Origin: a virus
Lineage: Duplodnaviria > Caudoviricetes
Length of the DNA stretch: 64,000 nucleotides
Strand: one strand, 5' to 3'
Virus record (IMG/VR): IMGVR_UViG_3300017648_000198
Span: 1,732 to 65,731 of that record
Made by a program: the position numbers and the translations under genes. This document shows positions 1 through 8,246 of the stretch, one piece after another. Position 1 is the stretch's first letter. Every line of letters starts with the position of its first letter. Below the pieces are notes generated by a model. The model was not told the origin of the DNA and searched no databases. It saw only the letters and a program-made list of their open reading frames with translations.

Positions 1-13
1 AGGAGGAGATAAG

Positions 14-1006
14 ATGCGAGCTTCTGTATCAGAATTAATACAAGACGCTTTCGATATGGGGATCAGAAACAAATCGAAGATTGCGGAATTAATTGGAGTT
101 AGTAGAAAGTCAATCACTAGGGCAGTACAGGCGGGCAGGATTGAATACTATGAGCCATTCGACTCGAATTGGGGAATACAAGAACCTTCGTTAATCAATT
201 CCACAGAAGAACTTCGTGAGGAAATTGATAAATTAATTTCAGAATGTTTTTACGTAGAAAGCATTTCGTTAGATAGATTCGCGGAAGATATTTCATTCGA
301 TAGGCATGTTCGCCAAACATACGGTGATATTAAGGAAGCGATCATTCAAATAGGCGGGAAACCATATCTAAAGTGTTTCACTTGTACTTGCGTCGGATGT
401 AAAGTTCCGAAATTATTAACTAGATATAAATCTAAGAAGGGCGGTAAACTCGGCATAAGTCGCACATGTTCGGATTGCTTATATGATAAGTATGTTAACA
501 ATCCTAAACGAAAGGAGTGGGTACAAAGAAGACGTGCGTTGAAGAAAAAGTTACCGAACCTTTCGTATGATTTAGGTAATTTTTGTTTAATTACTGGAAG
601 CGGTAAAATTGCTCATGAACATTTTATACCGCTAGGTATAGGGCACGGAGGAACTTACCAGGGGAATATGATTCCGTTTGACTTTGATTTGAATAATAAA
701 AAGTTGGACAATCATCCGTTCACGTGGTTTGAAGCGAATAGGCAACGCTTCAATCTCGATCAATCCCGTTTTGACGCGGTCGTGGCGGACTTAGCGGCAC
801 AAAACGGACTTACACCGGACGAATACCGCCAATACGTCGATTGGTGCTTCGATAATAAACGAAGTCTCGACGATATTATAGCGGATAACAAACGATACGG
901 TTACGTCGTTACATCCGCCGAACTATGGCGCGAAGCAACGGGCAGATCGTTTCCACTCCGTTTCATCAACAATGAGCAAGCGTATGCGTCCGAAATTTCT
1001 GCGTAA
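14..1006 (+). CDS. HNH-like endonuclease with N-terminal HTH
   Basis: SD AGGAGG before the ATG; N-terminal HTH-like KSKIAELIGVSRKSI; CxxC pairs; HEHFIP..G..GG....N...LNNKK resembles an HNH motif. Confidence 0.6.
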   Translation: MRASVSELIQDAFDMGIRNKSKIAELIGVSRKSITRAVQAGRIEYYEPFDSNWGIQEPSLINSTEELREEIDKLISECFYVESISLDRFAEDISFDRHVRQTYGDIKEAIIQIGGKPYLKCFTCTCVGCKVPKLLTRYKSKKGGKLGISRTCSDCLYDKYVNNPKRKEWVQRRRALKKKLPNLSYDLGNFCLITGSGKIAHEHFIPLGIGHGGTYQGNMIPFDFDLNNKKLDNHPFTWFEANRQRFNLDQSRFDAVVADLAAQNGLTPDEYRQYVDWCFDNKRSLDDIIADNKRYGYVVTSAELWREATGRSFPLRFINNEQAYASEISA

Positions 1007-1409
1007 AATTTGCACTTTTTGTATACTTTTCGGAATCGAACGTTAGTATCCGTATAATTAACGTGGGACAAAATATGTCCCTTGTAATTTACGTGAAATT
1101 AGCGCCTTAATAGTGCGGTCGGGTATAAACACCCTATCCGACGGTTAGAACGGCTAAAATCACGTAAAAATGACGAGTAAAACCACATGTTAAACGGAGG
1201 GAGGTGGTGACGGTCGGATGGCGGCGCGGCGGATCGGTATATTTTATCTTTTATATTTTCTTTTTCTACGTCCTATATGATTTATATACGTCAAGTATAT
1301 CCGTTATCGTTATGGTTTTTATAACGATGACGGAATATTACTTGAACGTAGTGAAAGTAATATTATTAAGTCTTTTAAAAGATTTAAATAATTATTTAAA
1401 AGATTTTAT

Positions 1410-1438
1410 ATTATAACCGATAACGTCCGAAATGTCAA
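1410..1438 (-). promoter_or_regulatory. Consensus sigma-A promoter, leftward
   Basis: Minus strand reads TTGACA-17 nt-TATAAT. Confidence 0.8.
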
Positions 1439-1537
1439 GCGTTAATTTTCGCAAACTTAAAAGTTTCCGCAAATGGCTCGCCGACACTCGTTTTTATTTG
1501 CACTATTTTACACATTTTCGTAAAGGAGGAACGTTGA

Positions 1538-1735
1538 ATGAACGCTAAAATTTCCCGCCATCTAGTCGAATCCGCCGCACTAATTTTCGTCAACTTAGAA
1601 AACGGATTGTACCGCTGTTACAAATCGGACACAGCCGCCGTAATCCAAACCGGCATCTATACGTTAGATTTCGTAAGGAAATACGCACAGTCCGTACCAA
1701 ACGTTATTATCGTAAAGGAGGCGCAATTACCATGA
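1538..1735 (+). CDS. Hypothetical protein
   Basis: SD AAAGGAGG; coupled to the next ORF. Confidence 0.7.
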   Translation: MNAKISRHLVESAALIFVNLENGLYRCYKSDTAAVIQTGIYTLDFVRKYAQSVPNVIIVKEAQLP

Positions 1736-2085
1736 GTAACCTCGTTAAAATTCCGCAAGAAGTTGCGGCAAAACTCGATCAACTCCGCGAATACGGATAT
1801 AGCACGCGGTCGATTTTATCGTGCTATTACGAGCCTAGCGATACCTACGCGGTGCTACGTACGATTCCGTATGAGACGTTTATCCAGGCGGTCGTAAACG
1901 GATTTCACCGCGAGAAAACGGACGACGAGAAACACGCGGAGTTGGCTGCGGTGTATAACGGTTGTGATCTCGATATTGACTACGATGACGGCGTCCGTGT
2001 AGGAATCGTGCGCACACTCGATATACTCGGAATTACCGTCGAAGGCATCAATAATAAAACGGAGGTGTCCACTAATGAACGATAA
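1732..2085 (+). CDS. Hypothetical phage protein (possibly DUF1642-like)
   Basis: SD AAGGAGG; VKIPQEVA start is typical of this family. Confidence 0.6.
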   Translation: MSNLVKIPQEVAAKLDQLREYGYSTRSILSCYYEPSDTYAVLRTIPYETFIQAVVNGFHREKTDDEKHAELAAVYNGCDLDIDYDDGVRVGIVRTLDILGITVEGINNKTEVSTNER

Positions 2086-2428
2086 TAACAATATGCCCGC
2101 CCGCTTTATCGCAGTAACCGAAAACTACGGTCTTGTGCCGGAGGATACATGCTTCGTATTATGGCGCATGGCGTCCGTCGATCCGCGCCGCTCGCCCAAC
2201 TACAAAGGCGATATGTCCGACGCCGTTATCCGCAAGGAGTGGCGCGACTGCAAGCAATATTACAACTTGACGCCGGCTGGATTACGTAACGCGCTCCGCG
2301 AAATCTCCGTAAGAGAGGCGGTCGCCGTAACGGATAGTCAAACGGATATCGGACGTTTTATCCGTGCTATTGACGAATATGTAACGAGATTAGAACGATT
2401 AATTCCGGAGGTGTCTGCGAATGAATAA
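2075..2428 (+). CDS. Hypothetical protein
   Basis: SD GGAGG; overlaps neighbours in the operon. Confidence 0.65.
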   Translation: MNDNNNMPARFIAVTENYGLVPEDTCFVLWRMASVDPRRSPNYKGDMSDAVIRKEWRDCKQYYNLTPAGLRNALREISVREAVAVTDSQTDIGRFIRAIDEYVTRLERLIPEVSANE

Positions 2429-3305
2429 AACGGTGAAATTGTTTACACATACGGACTTGGACGGAGTTGGCTGCGCAGTGCTGGCTTACCACGCGTTTGG
2501 TCGCGACAATGTTGACGTTGAGTATTGCGACTATAGCAACGTTAACGATAAGATTTCCGCTTATTTAGACGAGGACGTGCGACACAGCGAGATTTACATT
2601 ACGGATATTAGCGTTAACGAGGCGGTTGCCAAGCGGATAGATCGTGATAATTACAACACATATTGGATGTTAATTGACCACCATAAAACAGCCGCATGGT
2701 TAAATACGTACGAATGGGCACTCGTCCTAAGTATTGACGGCGATAATACTAAAACATCCGGTACATCGTTATTCCACGAATATCTAGGCAATGTTTTACC
2801 GGAGTTCTCCGAAGCCGTCCGCTCATACGATACGTGGGATTGGACGTTAACAGGCGACCAGGCGGCGAAGGATTTGAACGATCTACTGTATCTGATCGGA
2901 CGTGACCGATTCGTCGACCGTTTTACTCGTAATATTTCCGTCGAATTAACCGCAGAGGAACGCCTGCTATTAGATGTAGAGCGGAGCCGCATTGACGCCT
3001 ATATTCGCGGTAAATCCACGGCAATAACCATACGTCAGATTAACGGCTACCGCGTCGGCATCGTATTCGCTGACCGCTACCAATCGGAACTCGGCAATCA
3101 TATCGTAGGTGAACGCGACGATATCGATCTAGTGGCGATGATTGATCCGGCAAAGGGAGTTAGTTATCGTAGCAAAGGCGATATAGACGTAGGGCTATTC
3201 GCAAAGGCGTATGCTGGCGGCGGACATAAAAACGCGGCAGGCTCGCAAGTATCGGACGAGCAGCGTGCGGCGATTATCGATATTATTTTCGGAGGTGTTT
3301 GTTAA
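2421..3305 (+). CDS. DHH/DHHA1 family phosphoesterase (oligoribonuclease-like)
   Basis: Motifs THTDLDG, ITD, IDHH, GGGHKNAAG. Confidence 0.88.
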   Translation: MNKTVKLFTHTDLDGVGCAVLAYHAFGRDNVDVEYCDYSNVNDKISAYLDEDVRHSEIYITDISVNEAVAKRIDRDNYNTYWMLIDHHKTAAWLNTYEWALVLSIDGDNTKTSGTSLFHEYLGNVLPEFSEAVRSYDTWDWTLTGDQAAKDLNDLLYLIGRDRFVDRFTRNISVELTAEERLLLDVERSRIDAYIRGKSTAITIRQINGYRVGIVFADRYQSELGNHIVGERDDIDLVAMIDPAKGVSYRSKGDIDVGLFAKAYAGGGHKNAAGSQVSDEQRAAIIDIIFGGVC

Positions 3306-3778
3306 TGGAAAACGTTAAAAATACGGCTACAGCCCGCGACTTTACCGCTGACCGTGCGATATGTGACGCGGCGACGGCTGGCGCTGACGTTTGGAAGGCG
3401 GACGGTAAGTCGGTAGTACAGTTCGACTACGATAATGGCGAATGGTATCCGTTATTTTACGGCGAGTTAGATACGGAAGACGACGCCCGTTTCATAGCGG
3501 AAGCACGCACCGGATGGCCGGCGGCACTCGATAGAATGGCGGAGTTAGAGGCGGAGAATAAACGTTTGAAATCCGAAATGCTATCCGCACACATTGACGA
3601 ACGTGTAGCGTTTAGTGCTGCGGAAACTTATTATAACGAGATTCAACGTTATAGGCAGGCGTTGGAATCGTTACTGTCCGTGTTCAACGGAAATTATATT
3701 ACGAAGAATAAACCGTCCGCACACGTAGACGCGGCGATACAAAAAGCGAAGGAGGCGTTGGGCGATGGCGGTGTATAA
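3305..3778 (+). CDS. Ead/Ea22-like hypothetical protein
   Basis: DARFIAEARTGWPAALD motif followed by a coiled coil. Confidence 0.55.
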   Translation: MENVKNTATARDFTADRAICDAATAGADVWKADGKSVVQFDYDNGEWYPLFYGELDTEDDARFIAEARTGWPAALDRMAELEAENKRLKSEMLSAHIDERVAFSAAETYYNEIQRYRQALESLLSVFNGNYITKNKPSAHVDAAIQKAKEALGDGGV

Positions 3779-4022
3779 ACAGCAAGACAGCGTAACAACG
3801 GGTATCCATACGAGAGTATCAAGCACTATGCGAATCTCTAGCGCATGGCGAACGTATGAGAACGTTAATTTTCGAACGCAAGCGTGGGAGACGTTGTTAT
3901 GGAACGGGGATAGGGTAATCGCGGAATACGATACGCTTAAAGATGCGGATGATGTTATCGAGTTACACCAACGTATTTTATCGGAAAGGAGTTCGTATGA
4001 TGACGAAGAAAACGAAAATTAA
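3765..4022 (+). CDS. Hypothetical protein
   Basis: SD GGAGG; operon context. Confidence 0.6.
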   Translation: MAVYKQQDSVTTGIHTRVSSTMRISSAWRTYENVNFRTQAWETLLWNGDRVIAEYDTLKDADDVIELHQRILSERSSYDDEENEN

Positions 4023-4374
4023 CACGGCAGATTGGCGGGCGCTTCCGGTAGATAAATGGAACGTCCGCACATTCTCGCAAATGTTCATCGACTTAAACCG
4101 CGAGTATTACGGTATGGAATATGCACCGATGCGTAACTGGCGGTTTGAGCAAGGCGTACTAAAGCGCGCAATCGAAGCGCACGGCACGGCGTTATTAAAA
4201 GGGGCATTCGACGAGTGCTTCCGTACTTACCGCCCTACACCGCAATATCCTATATTGACCGCGGGCTTCGCGGTGGCTTATCGGATTAATACGATCATTC
4301 CGAGATTGCTTGTTGCAGGCGAAGCGAAAGCGGAGACTGTGGAAGAAACGAAATTGCCGGAGGTGGTGTGGTAG
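3997..4374 (+). CDS. Conserved-looking phage hypothetical protein
   Basis: SD AAAGGAG before ATG 3997 (the track ORF starts too far upstream). Confidence 0.65.
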   Translation: MMTKKTKINTADWRALPVDKWNVRTFSQMFIDLNREYYGMEYAPMRNWRFEQGVLKRAIEAHGTALLKGAFDECFRTYRPTPQYPILTAGFAVAYRINTIIPRLLVAGEAKAETVEETKLPEVVW

Positions 4375-4376
4375 CC

Positions 4377-4571
4377 ATGCGTCCGGAATCTGCGCAATTA
4401 TTCGTAAAAGGCGTGTTCGTTTCGTGTGAATGCGGACAGCATTACGTCGATTTTCTCGATCCGTGTTGGAACGACCGCAGCCTCGGTTTCTATTCGTGCA
4501 ATACATGTAAACGACCGCTCGTTGTCCGTGGCGATGACGGAGATTTCTACGAGGTCGGCGATAAGTTATAA
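4377..4571 (+). CDS. Small Cys-rich (zinc-ribbon) protein
   Basis: CECG...C...CNTC. Confidence 0.55.
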   Translation: MRPESAQLFVKGVFVSCECGQHYVDFLDPCWNDRSLGFYSCNTCKRPLVVRGDDGDFYEVGDKL

Positions 4572-4583
4572 GGAGGCGGGATT

Positions 4584-4781
4584 ATGCGATTATTATACGC
4601 AATACATGCGGTGGCGTACGGATACACCGTTAAGTCCTGCGAGGGCAATACGTATACAGAGGCGGAGCTGCAACCGCATCGAATCGGGAATCATGCGTGG
4701 AGTTTCGCGAGTGTGTTGACGGAAGTGGAGATAAAAGGACGATGGGAAATCGTAAGGGAGGACGATGTATGTACGGATTAA
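4584..4781 (+). CDS. Hypothetical protein
   Basis: SD AAGGAGG. Confidence 0.65.
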   Translation: MRLLYAIHAVAYGYTVKSCEGNTYTEAELQPHRIGNHAWSFASVLTEVEIKGRWEIVREDDVCTD

Positions 4782-5098
4782 TCCACTTACCGGACGGATC
4801 GGCGGAATATGTACCGAATGCCGACCTTTTCCAATCGTTAGTGCACGATAGATTAGGGCGAGACGCTGCGGATATTGTAGCGGAATTGATACGGCAGGTG
4901 GACGTTGCTACACACGTAGTCGAATCGGACTTATTGGCGTACGAATCCGAGAATGAGGCGTTGATAGGGGCGGTACTTAATGCGTCTGAAATGACGGAAA
5001 AACTACGGGAGGAGATAGCGAGTGCTCCCCGCCTTAATCGGAGCCAGCTTGCGGAGAGTTTGGCGGCGATTGAGCGGACGTTGGTTGCGGTGGTTTAG
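4769..5098 (+). CDS. Hypothetical protein
   Basis: SD GGGAGG before ATG 4769; helical C-terminus. Confidence 0.6.
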   Translation: MYGLIHLPDGSAEYVPNADLFQSLVHDRLGRDAADIVAELIRQVDVATHVVESDLLAYESENEALIGAVLNASEMTEKLREEIASAPRLNRSQLAESLAAIERTLVAVV

Positions 5099-5102
5099 AC
5101 GT

Positions 5103-5148
5103 AAAAACGCGAGGCTCGGCGGGCAGGCTTCGTCTCGCGTTTATTTTC
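5103..5148. terminator. Bidirectional intrinsic terminator
   Basis: Stem AAACGCGAG/CTCGCGTTT with A-tract and T-tract flanks between convergent genes. Confidence 0.75.
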
Positions 5149-5215
5149 GTTTTGTATATGCGGAGACACAGCGAGGGGCTGACTCTCCGCAGGCTATCTA
5201 AGTATAGGCGAATCC

Positions 5216-5293
5216 TTAGCCTAGGAAACACTTCGCCAACAGTAACAATAAAAGAGTTACCGCCCACTTGTCTAACTCGAAAGTTATACGCAT
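5216..5293 (-). CDS. 25-aa hydrophobic peptide, type I toxin-like (MRITFELDKWAVTLLLLLLAKCFLG)
   Basis: Translated by hand; SD AAAGGAGG 9 nt upstream; TATAAT at 5376-5371; below the ORF-track cut-off. Confidence 0.7.
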   Translation of the reverse strand: MRITFELDKWAVTLLLLLLAKCFLG

Positions 5294-5400
5294 GTACACT
5301 ACCTCCTTTCGGTTTTGTACTCCTTAGGAGCACTAGGCACATACTCCTAAAACCAAAAGTGGCAATTGTAATTATACTAAAAATTAACATATTTTAGTAG

Positions 5401-5414
5401 AGAACACCAGTTCT
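5401..5414. promoter_or_regulatory. Firmicute LexA (Cheo) box
   Basis: aGAACaccaGTTCt matches GAAC-N4-GTTC. Confidence 0.6.
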
Positions 5415-5421
5415 AATAACA

Positions 5422-5751
5422 TTAGTCTTCGTTAAGTTCTTGATTCTTTAGTTTTACCCTCTTTATCATCTGCATTCCTTTTTCAGTAGGAAATATCTCT
5501 ATTAAACCATCTTTGTTTCGCGCATAACTAGACATATCAGGTACGAACTCGACAACGTCTTCAATCCGGCAATCAAGATACTCACAAATAACTGCGAGGG
5601 TATCTAACGAAACAGATTTATCAGCATTAAGGCTTGCCGTGGTATTTCTTCCCAAGCCAGTAGCTCGACGTAAGTCGGCCATGTTCATTTTTCGATCCAC
5701 TAAAATGTGACGTAATCTGTTATAACTAGGTCTAAGTTTCAAACCGATCAT
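5422..5751 (-). CDS. Xre/Cro-C1-type HTH transcriptional regulator (probable repressor)
   Basis: YNRLRHILVDRKMNMADLRRATGLGRNT..L...SVSLDTLAVICEYLDCRIEDVVEF; divergent from the lytic operon. Confidence 0.85.
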   Translation of the reverse strand: MIGLKLRPSYNRLRHILVDRKMNMADLRRATGLGRNTTASLNADKSVSLDTLAVICEYLDCRIEDVVEFVPDMSSYARNKDGLIEIFPTEKGMQMIKRVKLKNQELNED

Positions 5752-5773
5752 TCCTTTGTTTGGGGATGTAATT

Positions 5774-5859
5774 ATTATATCATATGTACTAATATCGTAA
5801 ACATACCGAAATAAAATTTAGAAAAAGTGATTGACATTACAATCGGTAAGTTGTAATAT
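5774..5859. promoter_or_regulatory. Divergent promoter pair with operator
   Basis: Leftward TTTACG-16-TATAAT (5801-5774); rightward TTGACA-17-TAATAT (5831-5859) containing the inverted repeat ATTACAA-N8-TTGTAAT. Confidence 0.7.
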
Positions 5860-6108
5860 AAGGTCATAAGAAAGATTTACCAACAACGAAACACAACATA
5901 AACTCCTCGCGGCATCCACGGCAACCATCCCCGCCAGCCGCACGATATTCCCCGAAATAACTCTCCGCTAAAATGACGTAATATCAACGTGCCTCTCACG
6001 TAGAATTACGATCCGTCTGACGTACCCCTTACGGCAGGCAGCGCAGAGTTTTTCTGCGTTGGGCGTAAGTCTGTTGGGCGAAATTAACGATAAAGGAGGC
6101 GATAATCT

Positions 6109-6258
6109 ATGCAACAGATGCTAATCGGAAACTATACGTCAAATCCGCCGGAGCTGCTGCTCGAACTCGCGGCAATGGCGGAGCAGAACGGTAACGAACG
6201 GGCACGCCGCGTGTACATGGCGAATTACTTGCGATTAACTGACGAAAGGAGACGATAA
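6109..6258 (+). CDS. 49-aa hypothetical protein
   Basis: SD AAAGGAGG; MQQMLIGNYTSNPPELLLELAAMAEQ...; not in the ORF track. Confidence 0.6.
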   Translation: MQQMLIGNYTSNPPELLLELAAMAEQNGNERARRVYMANYLRLTDERRR

Positions 6259-6259
6259 T

Positions 6260-6691
6260 ATGAATGGAGCACGCGAGTTTTACCGAATTATTAAAGATGC
6301 GCATCTCGTAGGGATCGGCGGTTTAGCTAAAACGCAGCGCTGTACGCATGGCGGCGATTCCGTGGCGTATCAGTGTGATAACGTTATATACGTTACATCA
6401 ACGCATGCACGCGGCAAGACGTTTCGTATCTACTTAGTTGACGGCGAAAATACGTTAGAGGTCTACGGTGTAGTCCGAGGTCAGCGGGGTTGGACGGAAG
6501 AGTACGGCTGGCGGCATAAAGGTACATGGGTGAAACCGATACTGTCGTATTTACGCAGACTAGAACGGGAGTATGCCGCATGTGTCGAGCGGCTTGAAGA
6601 AGATAAGCGCAAGAAACAATCGGAAGCTAATCGGCAGAAACAGCAACAATTCGATAAGTTTAACGAAATGTTTCGGGAGGTGTCCGAGTGA
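6260..6691 (+). CDS. Hypothetical protein
   Basis: SD AAAGGAG; C-terminal coiled coil. Confidence 0.7.
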   Translation: MNGAREFYRIIKDAHLVGIGGLAKTQRCTHGGDSVAYQCDNVIYVTSTHARGKTFRIYLVDGENTLEVYGVVRGQRGWTEEYGWRHKGTWVKPILSYLRRLEREYAACVERLEEDKRKKQSEANRQKQQQFDKFNEMFREVSE

Positions 6692-7047
6692 ACCGTACGG
6701 AAATCGAAGCGAAGTGGAATACGTTGACGCCGCGCGAACGTGACGCATGGGTTGCGGAGGTTGTTACGAAATATATACCGCTAAATACAGCGCCAAATTC
6801 CGATGGAACGTTCGGATTTTTGCCGAATTACACAACGGACATTTCGTCGGCGTGGGCGGTACTCGAATCGAGCCGAGCGTGGGGCGGCATGGAAATCCAA
6901 TTTCACGCACACGGATATACGGTCGAAACGAGTATAACGAACGATGACGACACGGAGGCGCAGATAGTAACGAAGCCGACCGCACCGGAAGCGATATGTC
7001 TCGCGTCACTTATCGTGAAGATTACGGAAAAGGAGGCGACGGTATGA
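6688..7047 (+). CDS. Phage ABA-sandwich/BC1872-like protein
   Basis: R.RDAWVAE.V ... PNYTTDISSAW.VLE motif. Confidence 0.65.
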   Translation: MNRTEIEAKWNTLTPRERDAWVAEVVTKYIPLNTAPNSDGTFGFLPNYTTDISSAWAVLESSRAWGGMEIQFHAHGYTVETSITNDDDTEAQIVTKPTAPEAICLASLIVKITEKEATV

Positions 7048-7226
7048 ATAAAACGTGGGTTACTGTATATACGCATAGAGGCGAAAATATACAGATACTT
7101 AGTGGCGCGGCGGCGGGCGAGATCGGATACCGTATAGAAGGAATCGAAGCGAAGCCGTTGTTCAGCACCGTTGCGGATGCGGTTAAATTCATCGACGAAC
7201 GGGAGGCGACGCCACTTGACGACTAA
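7044..7226 (+). CDS. Hypothetical protein
   Basis: SD AAGGAGG before ATG 7044. Confidence 0.6.
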   Translation: MNKTWVTVYTHRGENIQILSGAAAGEIGYRIEGIEAKPLFSTVADAVKFIDEREATPLDD

Positions 7227-8004
7227 CGTAACGCAGTCGAAACATTCCGCTAATTGCAACTTACGTCACGCCTGCCGAGCCGCCGACACGCCCGCATGTA
7301 ATCGTATCTGCAGCGCATTTATCGCGATCCACGGCGCAAACGGGCGCGGCGGCCGGCTTTCAGCGTCTAATATCCCGGACAGCTTACGTCATATAACGTT
7401 ACTATCATCGCCAGTCGCGGAGGATCAACCGAAGATATACGCACGGCTCGCAGAATACGTAAAGACGTTCGCGCGTCAATTTAACGAAGGACCGCCGGAC
7501 ATCAAATCGCTATATCTGTACTCGCAATCGCCAGGCACCGGCAAATCTACGACGGCGGCGGCGGTACTTAACGAATACCTTAACGTTCACTACATCGGCT
7601 CGGCTCGGCGCAATAGGCAAGCGTCAGAGCGGCCGGTATATTTCCTCGACGTTAACGAATGGCAGACGGATTACAATACGTTTAATCGTCCGCGGGTTCC
7701 GGAAAGCGTGGCAGCACCGGCCGCCGAACGATACTATAATAGCATGTCCGCCGCGTCAACGGTTCCGTTCGTAGTGTTCGACGATATTGGCGTGCGTGAA
7801 GCGACGGAAGCGTTTCGCGCCGATCTACATTCGGTAATAAATGCGCGTGTTGCCGCAGGGCTTCCGTCGGTTTACACTTCAAACGTTAAAATGGACGATA
7901 TAGTTCGGATATTTGACGCGCGGATTGCCGACCGTTTCCGTGAGCAGACGGTAGAGATTACGTTCGGCGGGGCAAGCAAGCGCGGATTACGGAAAACTAC
8001 GTAA
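7216..8004 (+). CDS. DnaC/IstB-like AAA+ helicase loader
   Basis: TTG start after GGGAGG; Cys-rich N-terminus; Walker A SPGTGKST; Walker B VVFDDIG; YTSN; RIADR. Confidence 0.85.
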   Translation: MTTNVTQSKHSANCNLRHACRAADTPACNRICSAFIAIHGANGRGGRLSASNIPDSLRHITLLSSPVAEDQPKIYARLAEYVKTFARQFNEGPPDIKSLYLYSQSPGTGKSTTAAAVLNEYLNVHYIGSARRNRQASERPVYFLDVNEWQTDYNTFNRPRVPESVAAPAAERYYNSMSAASTVPFVVFDDIGVREATEAFRADLHSVINARVAAGLPSVYTSNVKMDDIVRIFDARIADRFREQTVEITFGGASKRGLRKTT

Positions 8005-8192
8005 TCTTGCGAATGAGTGAGAAAACGAGAGTTCAGCCGTTTTTGCACGAAAATAATATCGTATAAAAAAGAATACAATAGAACACGATAGGACACGTCA
8101 AAATACCATAGTGTACAAAATTGTATCGAAACGAAAGGGTTTGAAAAGCGACAAGAAAACGTCAAAACTATGAAAATCGCCGAATTTGGCGT

Positions 8193-8221
8193 TTTACAGA
8201 ATATAGAAGCGTTAATATAAT
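8193..8221 (+). promoter_or_regulatory. Sigma-A promoter for the helicase/primase genes
   Basis: TTTACA-17-TATAAT. Confidence 0.65.
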
Positions 8222-8246
8222 CGAATACAACGAGGAGGCGAAAAAG

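Noticed and set aside
1204-1416. 70-aa hydrophobic ORF
   Set aside because: Low-complexity AT-rich translation across hairpins and a promoter; the SD-like tract abuts the start. More likely non-coding.
5034-5397. Overlapping ORFs 5152..5397 (+) and 5034..5390 (-)
   Set aside because: No SD; they cross a terminator and the real small minus-strand ORF.
1538-7226. Anti-CRISPR assignment for small early genes near an HTH gene
   Set aside because: No recognisable Acr or Aca sequence; proximity to an HTH gene alone is insufficient.
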